From positions 37,076,001 to 37,140,000 of the forward strand of contig OX597820.1 in the NCBI GenBank assembly GCA_951406725.2: 64,000 nucleotides of DNA, in the 5' to 3' direction. Under the pieces are notes generated by a model. The model was not told the DNA's origin. It saw nothing but the letters and a program-made list of their open reading frames with translations, and made no database searches. This DNA comes from Octopus vulgaris. Lineage: Eukaryota. The position numbers were made by a program, and so were the translations under genes. Positions within the stretch are counted from its first letter, which is position 1, and every line of letters begins with the position of its first letter. Positions 12,357-22,898 of the stretch are shown one piece after another.

Positions 12357-13420
12357 AGTTTTGTTTTGAATGTTATGTTTCTACATGTATCTTTTTACAT
12401 TTGCATTTGTGTTTGTGCCTGACACACTCATTACTCATAATTCTCACTGCATCCACCCATTACTCTTCTACGTCTCTTTCTCTCATTGACTCTTTCCCCG
12501 TGGCTTCTCTGTACCCTCTCTTTAGCTCATGCTTAGACAAAATTTATCACTGCTAATATATAAAGAAACTATATATATTTATTGATACTGTGAATAACTA
12601 CCCAGCTGAATAAAAAATGTTATATGCAACAGAAGTAACATTAGATTAAAACATCCATCTATAAATTATATTTAATGTACATACATTGAAGAAAGACAAA
12701 CTTATTGCAGTATTCTGCAGATATCATCTCTTATGAATATAATGTGTTTATCTTCAGACAAGTACTGTTGTATATTTGCCTTTCAGTTATGTATTTTGGT
12801 TAAGTATGATACATAAATAGAAATATACATATAAAGTTTTAAAACTGAAACTGAGTACTTGTCTTACTACTTTAGTTTCATGCCACTGTGATCTTCATAT
12901 ATACATATATGAATAACTATGACATAAAACATGAGTTATTGAAACAAGACAAAGCAGAAATTGGTAAAGATGAAGTCTGCTATCCTGATCATGCATTTCT
13001 TATCATATTAATTCCAATCCTGAATGAGTGCAAGCAGTTATTAAAATGTATCAATCAGCAAATAAGCCAAGCATACATAGATATTTGAGAATGGTCATGT
13101 ATTTTGCAAAATTTATTTCTAATTCTTCACCAATTCTTTTGTGTTTTGATAGAAAACAAAGATTAGTAAAGAAGGGTGAAAGGGTGCAAGAAGCTAGAAA
13201 AGCTGTGGGAAGAGGGTCAATGAAAGAAAGACAGTTGAAGGATGATGTGGATAGGAGCCAAAGAGAGGATACAGAGAAGCCACAGGGAAAGAGTCAATGA
13301 GAGAAAGAGAGGTAGAAGAGTAATGAGTGAATGCAGTGAGAATTATGGGTAATGAGTATGTCAGGCACAAATGCAGATGTAAAAAGATACATGTAGATAC
13401 ATAACATTCAAAACAAAACT
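12357..13420. repeat. Long inverted repeat, arms 12357-12528 and 13255-13420
   Basis: agttttgttttgaatgttatg...ctctctttagctc is the reverse complement of gagccaaagagag...cataacattcaaaacaaaact, with few mismatches and one 6-bp indel. Confidence 0.9.
12950..13135 (+). mobile_element. Gypsy-type pol fragment (end of RT/connection)
   Basis: KAEIGKDEVCYPDH and VQAVIKMYQSANKPSIHRYLRMVMYFAKFISNSS resemble KCxF..EVxYLGH and PxxKxxVxRFLGMVNYxxKFIPNxS. Confidence 0.6.
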
Positions 13421-13464
13421 TATGAAAATTTAATAAGAATTTACAAATGGTTTCATTTAAGTAT

Positions 13465-14230
13465 AGATGTCACCTTCAATTTTACTACAATCAATTATTT
13501 GGGCATTATATTGACCCCCATGACTGGCAAGATTTACCTCCATGACAAGCTTAAGTAAAAGGTTCTGTGAATTCACAGCAATCCCCACAGCCTTTGGAGA
13601 CAACATTGGTGAAAGAATCTTTGATTTCTCCTCAATCAGAGATATCTTCTGTAGCACTGCATTCTATTACACTGATGCAATAAAGAGTGGCATTAATGAG
13701 AACTTAACATATATGAAGAATCCCTCACCCCACCTTTGAAGAGAACTTTAGATGTCTTTACAAAGAAATTCGGAAACTTTCTCTGAACAGAATCATTTCC
13801 TTAGCACTCATAAATATCACAAAGCTTTATAAAGTGCATTATGCCAATATTTGTTACTCCTCTCTAAACGACCATTCTTTCAAAGCACATACTTTCAAGC
13901 AAATAAATTACATGTATGGTAAAATTGCTGAAGTCATTCCCACTGTTCAGTGAGGGGTTCTATCTTTCTAAGCCTGGTTTATAGGCTGCACCTCACTAAA
14001 CCTAATTGTTTTCCAAGGAAATCCTTGGGACTTGCAGTTAAGCTTTCAAGAGAAATCCACTCAGTAGATACACTTTATCAATGCTATTCATCTACATCCA
14101 CTAACTTTTGACTGTATTTTCTTAGAATTTTACTTCAAAATATTAACACAATTTATATTCCTTTTTTCCCTCCTTTCTTATAAAATTCTCTTCACAATTA
14201 TACATTACCACCTTTATATCCTCTGCTACA
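13465..14230. repeat. Unidentified block paralogous to 29490-30110 (part of the ZNF-B/ZNF-C duplication unit)
   Basis: Shared collinear words: tcaattattt.ggcatt, aagatttacctcca, aagcttaagtaaaagg, cataaatatcac, gggttctatctttct, caaaatattaa. Confidence 0.75.
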
Positions 14231-14254
14231 TGAAACAAACACACACATATATAT

Positions 14255-15708
14255 ACACGATGGGTTCTTTCAGTTTCCATATCTACCATATCTACTCACA
14301 AGGCTTTGGTTGGCCCAAGGCTATAGTAGAAGACACTTGCCCAAGGTGCCACACAGTGGGAATGAATCTGGAGCTATATGATTGGGAAGCAAGCTTCTTT
14401 ATTTCAATATTTTTGCAATTAAGGCATTACATTGAGGGGACACTACAACACATGTGGGGACATATAACAATTAAAAATATATTATGAATGACACGTGAAA
14501 ACGAACATGAAAAACAAATTAAAATTATGATAATATGCATGATAGTTGAAAATGAAAATATGAAGAGTGCTACTTACCCCACACTGAGCAACACCACTTG
14601 CCACCTCAGTCCTAATTTCCTTTTGGTCTCTGTTCCAGTTCCGCTATTGCTCCATGACTGCACTCTCTCGTAACCTTTTTCACTGGAGGAGGGGTCTTCT
14701 AGATTCTGAGGTGTCTGCTCTTTTTTTTTCTGTGGTGAAATGGGGTGGGTGGGTCTGAGTGGTCTTGGATGGGATGGAGTTGGACTGGGGTACCACATCA
14801 TACTCAGTGTTCTTTCTTTTTTTCTTTTCTTATTTCTACTCTCTGTTACTTTCCATTCTTCCTCCTTTTCCTCCACAATGTGGTACTATACCCACACTCT
14901 AAACACAATTTCTCCCAACATCACCATCTCTGCCAAACTCTCCAGTTGTTTCTCCTCCATCTGTATAATTAATTCTAGTGTCTTCCCTTTCCACCCTCCT
15001 CCTCCTGTTTCTGTGGCTTGAAGGACAGCCACTTTCTCCTCACTTCCAACAAGGACATCTGCCGCCACCCAATCCACTTCTATATCAGGTGGGATTGCTT
15101 CTACCCTTACCTTGGAAGTCTTTCTTCCAAGGTATGTGGACAGAAGCACTACTTCCTCTGTTTTCACCACCACACTCCTCGCCTCCTCTACTGTCCTAAA
15201 TTGGACGACCATTGTCCCATGTCTCCTTCTTTTAGTTATGTATATTATTTCCTTTGACTGCTCCCTTAGCGCCTTTTCCATTTCAGCTTCTACCTGCTCA
15301 GCCTTTTTTCCTTTTAATGAGAACACCTTATAGGTGATTATTTTTCTCTCCATCCGCTCCATAATTCCTTGGGGGGGGGGGGGGGGCACAACCTCACATC
15401 ACGTCCCACCTGTACCATCTTCTCATACCCTTTCAGACCAGCGAAGTCCAACACCCTTTGCTTCATCTCCGTGGCCTCAGCAAAACTCCTTGTCTTCTCC
15501 AACACTCCATCCATCTTTATGACTGCCCTTACCAGCTCCTCCTCTGCTGAAGACAACTCAGACCTGCTAAAGTCTGAGTACATCATCTCTACCGTCAAAG
15601 CAGCAAAAAAAAAAACGTGCGACTTGCGCACAAACGACAAACCAAATGCACTCTGGGTGATGCATGCACAGAAGCAAGCTTCTTACCACACAGCCACACC
15701 TGCACCTA
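14255..15708 (-). mobile_element. Family 1 SINE split into 14255-14399 and 15671-15708 by the 14400-15670 insertion
   Basis: The two parts join into a complete SINE once the insert and one TSD copy are removed. Confidence 0.85.
14400..15670 (-). mobile_element. L1/Tx1-like non-autonomous retroelement carrying only a frameshifted ORF1-like region (HAL1-like)
   Basis: 14-bp TSD gaagcaagcttctt (14386-14399, 15671-15684); AATAAA at the minus-strand 3' end; ORF pieces 15640-15338, 15389-14886 and 14876-14574 with gag/RRM-like character; no EN/RT. Confidence 0.6.
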
Positions 15709-15884
15709 TTATATATATATATATATATATACATGCATATATGGGTACAAGATGTCACCAACAGTTCAAATATCATGAAATATGTAAACAAGTTAAATAC
15801 GTAAACAACAAGAATAAAATGGAAAACAGGACAAGTAAACACAGAGCAAGGATCCTTCATCAATTGTCAGCTGCCTATCTACTC

Positions 15885-15916
<32 letters not shown>

Positions 15917-15921
<5 letters not shown>

Positions 15922-16930
15922 TGGGGCACAATGAGTAAGATTTATTGCATTTTTTACTTAAATAAAAAAAAAATTTTTTACCTATGTTTGCTACCTCACA
16001 GTAACTATATCAGCTAAGCAAATGACTTCTAAATGCATTAAAAACACTATATAAGGAGGTGTCAGGGTGCTGAAAAGTTCCTGGCTTTAAAGGTATTGCG
16101 AAAACCCTGGTGTGAATCTGAGAGAGGAATATGTTGAATAAAATCATAATTAACTGATCCTCCCTTATTTTCTTTTACCCAAAGCCAAGAAGCTTTCAGT
16201 ACCCATTCTTAACATAATCTGAACACTATTTCAGAAAATTATCTCAGTTCTTGTAAACATATGAAAGACAAATTTAGCCGGGGCAAAATGAGCAATGTCT
16301 CTTCACTTCTCCAGAATTACATTTAAGAAAAGGCTCAGACACATCAACATCCATCCTTAGACATCAAACAGACGAGAAATGCAACAAAACTCTATTAATA
16401 TCTGGGTCAAATTGACAGAGGATCATGGGAAAATGGCATGATATGAAATTAACAAAACTCAACTAAATCTAAAATCTCAACATATATATCTTCTATAGCT
16501 TTTTCATGATCTGTTGGAGTGACTCTCTTCTTGATGTAGTTATGCACCATGCAGTAAAAGAGAAGAAGAAACTGAAATTAATCATGACTCATTTTGCACC
16601 ATTTTAGACACCATGTTTTGAAAATGATCAAATTTGATATTAGGGTGGGAAAAATTGACTTGGAATCCAACAGAGAAAAGAATATTGATTGTTACAGATA
16701 TCTTATTAGCAACCTCAACCTCAATTACCATCAGGTCGAAGTTGAGGAAAAATATCTTGAAAGGTAGTCCCTGCCACCTGACTATATTTTAAACTCTTTC
16801 AACTTCAACAACACCTATAACAATATTTTTTTATTTCCAAAGATGCTGCTATACTTACAAATGAGTTTCAAAGTGGGAGGGAGGAAATAATATAAAATCA
16901 AAAATAACTCATTTTGCCCCCGCCTATATT
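15917..16930. mobile_element. Non-autonomous pogo-like DNA transposon (~1 kb)
   Basis: TIRs tagagtggggcacaatgagt / actcattttgcccccgccta; subterminal copies at ~16280 and ~16588; TA context. Confidence 0.65.
16065..16204. mobile_element. Mariner-derived MITE nested in the previous element
   Basis: TIRs gggtgctgaaaagttcctggcttt / aaagccaagaagctttcagtaccc (20/24 match); absent from the homologous copy at 1-176. Confidence 0.7.
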
Positions 16931-17539
16931 TAAGTATGTATGCATGCAGTATAGTCCCCTTGCTTTGATTTCATGTGATAGTTGTAAATGAACGTTGCCG
17001 TCATGCAAGCGGCATCTTTTGTTTCCAAATCTTCTAGCTCTGATCATCAGGAAAAATTACCTTACTTGGAAACTACTACGTGTTATCTACTTCCGCAAAT
17101 CCCGTCTGGCCCATGCATGCATGCAAAAGTGAACATTAAGTATTGATGATGATGATGATAGATAATTATATGTATACGTTTACACAACGCATACTTGTAT
17201 GAGTACTGCCGACTTTGAAGCGATGGAAGTACGCGGTTTGTGCGATACTATATACTTAGATAAAGGTATTGTACCAGATATGATTCGCGTTGAACTGTAC
17301 GAACACAAGTGATATTGTGTTCAGCAAGTGTGAACAGACATTCTGAGTTGTGCGAATGTTTTTTTTTTAATTTTATTTTAGTCTCTTATTTCTGTTGTAA
17401 GTTCATATTTTTTTATTTCGCATTTGATTTTACTTATACTTTTTCAGCACACCAAAATAATTTTGGTGTCGAAGAGAGATGAAATAAGTATTAATTGTAG
17501 TGAATAAATTAATATCGCAGCGGAATAATTTATGTCACC

Positions 17540-18380
17540 GAAACGTGTTTTTGTTAAAGTTGACAATATAATTACTTCCCCTGACTGTTTCCCTATTTCC
17601 CTTCACTTCCTGCTATTGTTTGACGCATATCTGTTATTTTGACAGGCTCATATAACAGCTGCCATTTAAGCGATATAATAAGATATAGCAGGTTCATAAC
17701 GAACTGTATATGAAATAGATACGGCATATTTTAAAAAATTTTGTACACCTAGAAATGGATATTAATATTTGCTTTTGAAGCTAACATTGTCCCTCATAGG
17801 TTCTCGCCACTTCTGTATATATTACATGTTCTTCATTGGATCTATAATGCGTAAGTATTATTTGTATAATATTGAAAACATTTCCTTCTAATACATATGT
17901 TTGTTATATATTCTATAGTAAGATAAAAGAAAGTGAAGAAAATGTGTCAATTACGAAAGTAAAATGTTTTGTTTAAAGTAAAGATGATTTTGTTTCATTT
18001 TTCGCCATTCTTCCTAATTTTAATTCCAAGCTCATGCCGTAATTCCCACATTATCACTTGACCTGCTAGAAATAATAACATCCTCATTAGAAAAGGTAAA
18101 ACGCATTATATCAATTAGTCGGCGAAGTCGAAACTATGCCAATTAGTCTTAGTTGGATACAGTATACCTGAAAAAAGACGAACGAAATTAATTTTATTCC
18201 TTTGATGCTAAGGCTGTCAGGGTAGAAGTGACCAAGTGCTAAACAAAAGAAAACTTTGGACAAAATAGTTTTCATGCGATTATTGAAAGCATATCACTTT
18301 CAGACTGAAAGTGTCGCGTCCCGGAGATAATGATCCAAAGCAATCGTTGAATTGATTGAAGGATAGGCGCGCCATTTCAT
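17540..18380 (+). promoter_or_regulatory. Putative ZNF-B promoter, non-coding exon (donor GTAAGT at 17851) and intron start
   Basis: Collinear with 31850-32705; ETS-like CACTTCCTG 17604-17612; possible acceptor catag at 17799; gccacttc.gta motif shared with the ZNF-A module. Confidence 0.6.
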
Positions 18381-19290
18381 ATACCCACCCGTATCGCTTC
18401 CTTTGCGGGAAGTAAATATATATTGTTTTAAATCACAATAACGTCACATCCACTGACACATATATTAATGTTTACAACAAATATATATATTTTAATAAAA
18501 CAATATTATAACCTCGTAATAGCGAAATTACATATGTGTGTGTGTATATATAACTAACTATATTCCTTTTAACCATTCCTGATAATTGTTGGGGTTGGTT
18601 CTTAACATCTGGTGCGAAACCAGTTGATATTTCGATTATATGTTAATAATATTGTATTTTATCAATAATATACGTTTTTTCTTCTTCTGACTAATAGGGT
18701 TTCAGACAACTTCCAGGTTCCCCACTTGATGTATCGCATATGGCCATAGGAATCTTCTGATGCGTGCTCAAAAGCTACTGACCCTAGTAGTGCGCTCTTA
18801 GTCTTTAAAGACATGGTATTGAAAAATGCATGTTTTTACCACTCTAATTGTATATCCTCAGATATTTCGGAAAGAATATCCCAAGGTCATACTATTCCTT
18901 TTAATCATTTATGATGATTGCCGGGGTTGGTTCTCAACTCCTGGTATGCCAACAATAGCCAATTTGGGTATTAAGAGGCCATATTACTTTTATTATTATT
19001 ATTATTTCATCCTTTTGCGGTCGATAAATTAAGTACCAGTTAAACACTGGGGTCGATGTAATCGACTAGTCCCCTCCCACAAAATTTCTGGCCTTGTACC
19101 TGTAGTAGAAAAGGTTGTTATTAATAATGATAACTGTAAACCCTTTGTGGCAAATAAAGAAATCATTATTACTATTATCGTTAGCGGTGTTTCGCCCGTC
19201 GCTACGTTCTGAGTTGAAATTCCGCCGAGATCAACTTTATCTTTCATCTTTTCGGGGTCGATAAATTATGTACCAGTAAAACTGGAGTTG

Positions 19291-19976
19291 ATAGAATCTA
19301 CGACATAACTGCAGATTCTTGCCCCCCCCCCCCCACCTACCGACTTTGGATGATAATAACCATTTTGGGCGTTTGTACATCCGTAGATTTCTACCGAAGC
19401 AGCAGGCAGTGAAGCTGTCACCAGAAAACTCGTTATGCTAAAAAAACCAGCTAAAGGTCTAAACGTTTCTAACAGAAAGACATTGAATAGAATAATTCCT
19501 CGTTTGAACTTTTTTAAATTATACACACACGTGTGTGTATGAGAGAGAGAGAGGACTAGAAATCTACGGATGCATAAACACACAAAACGGAGAAAATGAA
19601 ACAAATATGAACGACTTGTTCCGAAACACCCCCGAGTGGAGAACGGTCCTCAAAAGTAATCGCCAATTGTTTTCCCCCCAAATTCCTATGTTCTCGGAAT
19701 CTACATAGTCCAAGGTATATTTGTGGAAAATTTCATTAAAAATATCTATTTTCTTGTAAGTTATGACGAATTGAAGTGGACGCCGGTGAATTTTCCGAAA
19801 TTCCCCACCTCATTTCCTCCTAAAGCACTTTCCCCCCAAAGTTTTGTATATTCGGAATTTACAAGATATGACACATATTCGTAAAAAATTGCATTAAAAA
19901 AGATCCATTTTTCTGAAAGTTATGATCATCCAAAGTTGTGGGGGTGGGCAGGAATCTGTAGTTATGCCGAATCTAC
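19291..19976. mobile_element. Long-TIR MITE inserted in a SINE
   Basis: cataactgcagattcttgcccc...actttggatgat.ataac versus gttatgatcatccaaagttgtgggggtgggcaggaatctgtagttatg; related subterminal repeats at 59300-59790 and 63840-64000. Confidence 0.75.
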
Positions 19977-20123
19977 GAGCCCCCCCCCCCCAATTTCGGA
20001 CCTTGTATCGATAGTAAAAGGGATCATTATCGTTAGGCGGCAAGGTGGACTATGTGCTTAGCGGTATTTCGCCCATCGCTACGTTCTGAGTTCAAATTCC
20101 GCCGAGATCGACTTTGCCTTTCA

Positions 20124-20439
20124 GACTTAGTTTTGTACTTCACCATAAAATTTTTTTTTTTTAAATATTAGACATAGTGGAAAATTGATTTCCTACCATG
20201 TTTTATAATAATGAGAAAGTCATAAAAATTAAGAAATTCTATTACAAAATCTTCATTTCTGTATTATGTATATTCCTGTCCCACTTTGCCTAACGTCAAA
20301 GCCTAAATTGCCTAACTCTATGAAATTTGCCTAACCTTGAGACATGAATATACATAATACAGAAATTTTTTTTACATTTTTCCACCATGTCTAATATTTA
20401 AAAAAAAAATTTATGGGCGGGTTCAAAAGGAAGTGTTTC
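20124..20439. mobile_element. Fold-back MITE, possibly Mutator-like
   Basis: Inverted arms cataaa(t)n aaatattagacat.gtggaaaa; internal palindrome atttctgtattatgtatattc/gaatatacataatacagaaat; 9-bp flanking duplication tgcctttca/tgccttcca. Confidence 0.65.
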
Positions 20440-20664
20440 TGCCTTCCATCAGGGTTGATAAAATAGGTTCTAGTTGAACACTAGGGTCAATGTAATTGAC
20501 TCATCCCTACCTCCCCCAAACTGCCCTTGTAGCAAAAATTTGAAATAATTATTATTATTATCGTTAAGACGGCAAGCTTGCAAAATCATCAGCCTGCCAA
20601 ACTAAATGCTGAGTGGTATTTCATCCGTCTTTACGTTCACAGTTCAAATTCTGCCAAAGTCAAT

Positions 20665-21690
20665 TTATATTATCAGACATCTGCACCAGCTCAATACTTT
20701 CCAAAATCCAGGAATGAGGAACCATATCATACGCTTTCTTATAATTGGTCCATGACATGCCCAGATTAGTAAGTCTTTTCTTGCAGTCATTCTGTATCAT
20801 TCTGTCTATCAGAAGTTGGTCTTCTATCCCTTGGCTTTTCCTTCTGCACCCTTTCTGTTCCACTGACAGTTTGTCATTCATTTCTTGGAACTTATACACA
20901 TAATTAGATATTATTCTTGTCATCAGCTTCCACATCAGAGGCAGACAGGTGATAGGCTGGTAATTATCTACTGCATTGCCTTTGCTGGGATCCTTTTGGC
21001 AAAGAATTTTTTTACCTATGGTCAACCACTTTAGGATTTGTACACCATTGTTGATCAATTTATCCATTTGTGTGGTTATTCTTCTGTGTAGTGCTGGGAA
21101 ATTTTTCAGCCAATATCCTTGTACCCCATTCAGTCTTGGACATTTCCAGTTTGGGATCTTTATTGTCTGTTTGGTTACCATTTCAGTTATTCTAATATTA
21201 CTGTGTTTCACTTCATATTTTTGCAACCTTAATTCTTTCTACCATTTAGCATCTTTGTTTTGCTTTCCATTATCCCAGATGTTACTCCAAAACTTTTTAC
21301 TTCCTTCAGTGTGTGGTCTCTCGCTGCTGCTAAGCTTTCCACTCAGCTGTAGATAAACCCTTTTCTGGTCTTGGAACAATCTGTTGATTTTTTATTGTTC
21401 AATTCTTTGGTCATATCTGTTGATCTTTGGCACTTTAGCCTGTAATCTTCGTTTCAGCTCTTCAAGAACTACATTTAGCCCTTTTGTCTTTATCTTGTAT
21501 CTATGTTCTAGTTCCTGATATTTCTCCTCCCTCTTGATTTCACTTTTTTTCTTTCTTTCCAAGGTTTTGAAATGTTTTCATATTTCATTGATTGATTGTT
21601 TTTTTATTCTTTTCCACCAAGGTTCTTTTTCTTCATTCCCACATTTACAGTTTGATTCAAGGCTTACTTTATTTCCTAGTATTATTATTC
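20665..21690 (-). mobile_element. R4/Dong-clade non-LTR retrotransposon RT fragment
   Basis: PNWKCP..GVQGYWLK, QKDPSKG..DNYQPITCLPLMWKL, EQKGCRRKSQGIEDQLLID, NYKKAYDMVPHSWI. Confidence 0.85.
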
Positions 21691-22084
21691 ACAAAAATAA
21701 AATATAAAGAGACTCATATAGACCAGAAGTTAACTGACTCTTTAGTTTCTTATAGGCAGAGTGGAATATGTTATGAAGAAATGTGTATATTGAAGATATT
21801 AACAACAATGACTTCAACATATCTCATGTCTCTGTTCATGAGGTTGAATATTAAAAACATACCATCATATGACATGTAAAAAAGAAAGGAAGCCTTTTTT
21901 ACATTCCAAATATGAAAAAAAATAGCCTTCCTCTTTTTTTCTTAAAATCTTTAATGAAACTATGTAGAGTGACCAACATAATTCACTTACTGATGATATA
22001 TATGCCTATGCTATGTATCTTTTCTGCATAGGTATTTTCTTTCTCTTCCTTGTTCTATCTTTCAATATTTCTGGTTAAATATAA

Positions 22085-22280
22085 GGCAGTAAGCTGGCAG
22101 AACTGTTAACAGCATTTTATCTGCCTTTTTCTTCCGAGCTCCAATTCTGTTGAGGTCAGTTTTGTCTTTCGTCATTTTGGGGTCAATAAAATAAGTACCA
22201 GTTGAACACTGGGGTTGATGTAATCAATGTAACCCCTCCCCTGAAATTGCTGGCCTTGGGCCAACATTTGAAACCATTAT
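22085..22280 (+). mobile_element. Family 3 SINE near the 3' end of the ZNF-B intron
   Basis: ggggtcaataaaataagtaccagttgaacactggggttgatgtaatc; flanked by a repeated tatttctggttaaatat; absent in the ZNF-C paralogous intron. Confidence 0.8.
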
Positions 22281-22344
22281 TTCTGGTTAAATATCTTCTC
22301 TCTACCATCTTTTTTGTTGACATTTAATTGTCTCTTATGTATGA

Positions 22345-22364
22345 TACCATCTCTGTATTTCAGG
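22345..22364 (+). promoter_or_regulatory. Splice acceptor of the ZNF-B terminal exon (AG 22362-22363)
   Basis: tatttcag|gttatctg conserved among paralogues. Confidence 0.7.
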
Positions 22365-22898
22365 TTATCTGATAATACTGATATCTGACACAAGACACAT
22401 CAACTGACTAATGAAGAATATGAAAGACTGAAGAATGACTTCATGAAGTTAACATGAGACAGAGGTTATCTTACTTCTCTGAAATTTTAAAAAGTTGATT
22501 GGAAATATATGTCTTGTCTTGATTTTTTTTTGTGGTTGAACTCAAGAAATTTAATAGAAAACATTACCAACCTTATATTTAATGCATAAGATATCTGGAT
22601 ATATTTTGAAAATTGGATTGATTGAATACAATCATGTTTGACAGGATAACATTTAATTCAAAAATTAAAATCAACAAGTATGGTATTTATCTGAAAAGAG
22701 TATGAAAAATGTTTATATGTAAGAGACATAGCTAAAAAGAAACAATTTCAAATGACAATGTATATTATCACAAAAAATAATCTGTGTCATAATAACATCT
22801 TAATCACAGTCTCACATTACCTTATAAAACTATGAATTAAAGAAAAACATATATAAAGAAGAAATTAAATTTGCATTTTGTGAGGAACATATGACATT

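Larger units (their letters stand above)
19005..20665 (+). mobile_element. Head-to-tail cluster of family 3 SINEs interrupted by two MITEs
   Basis: Repeated gctacgttctgagttcaaattccgccgag.tc.actttgcctttc...ggggtcgataaat.aagtaccagt with (ATT)n tails. Confidence 0.8.
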
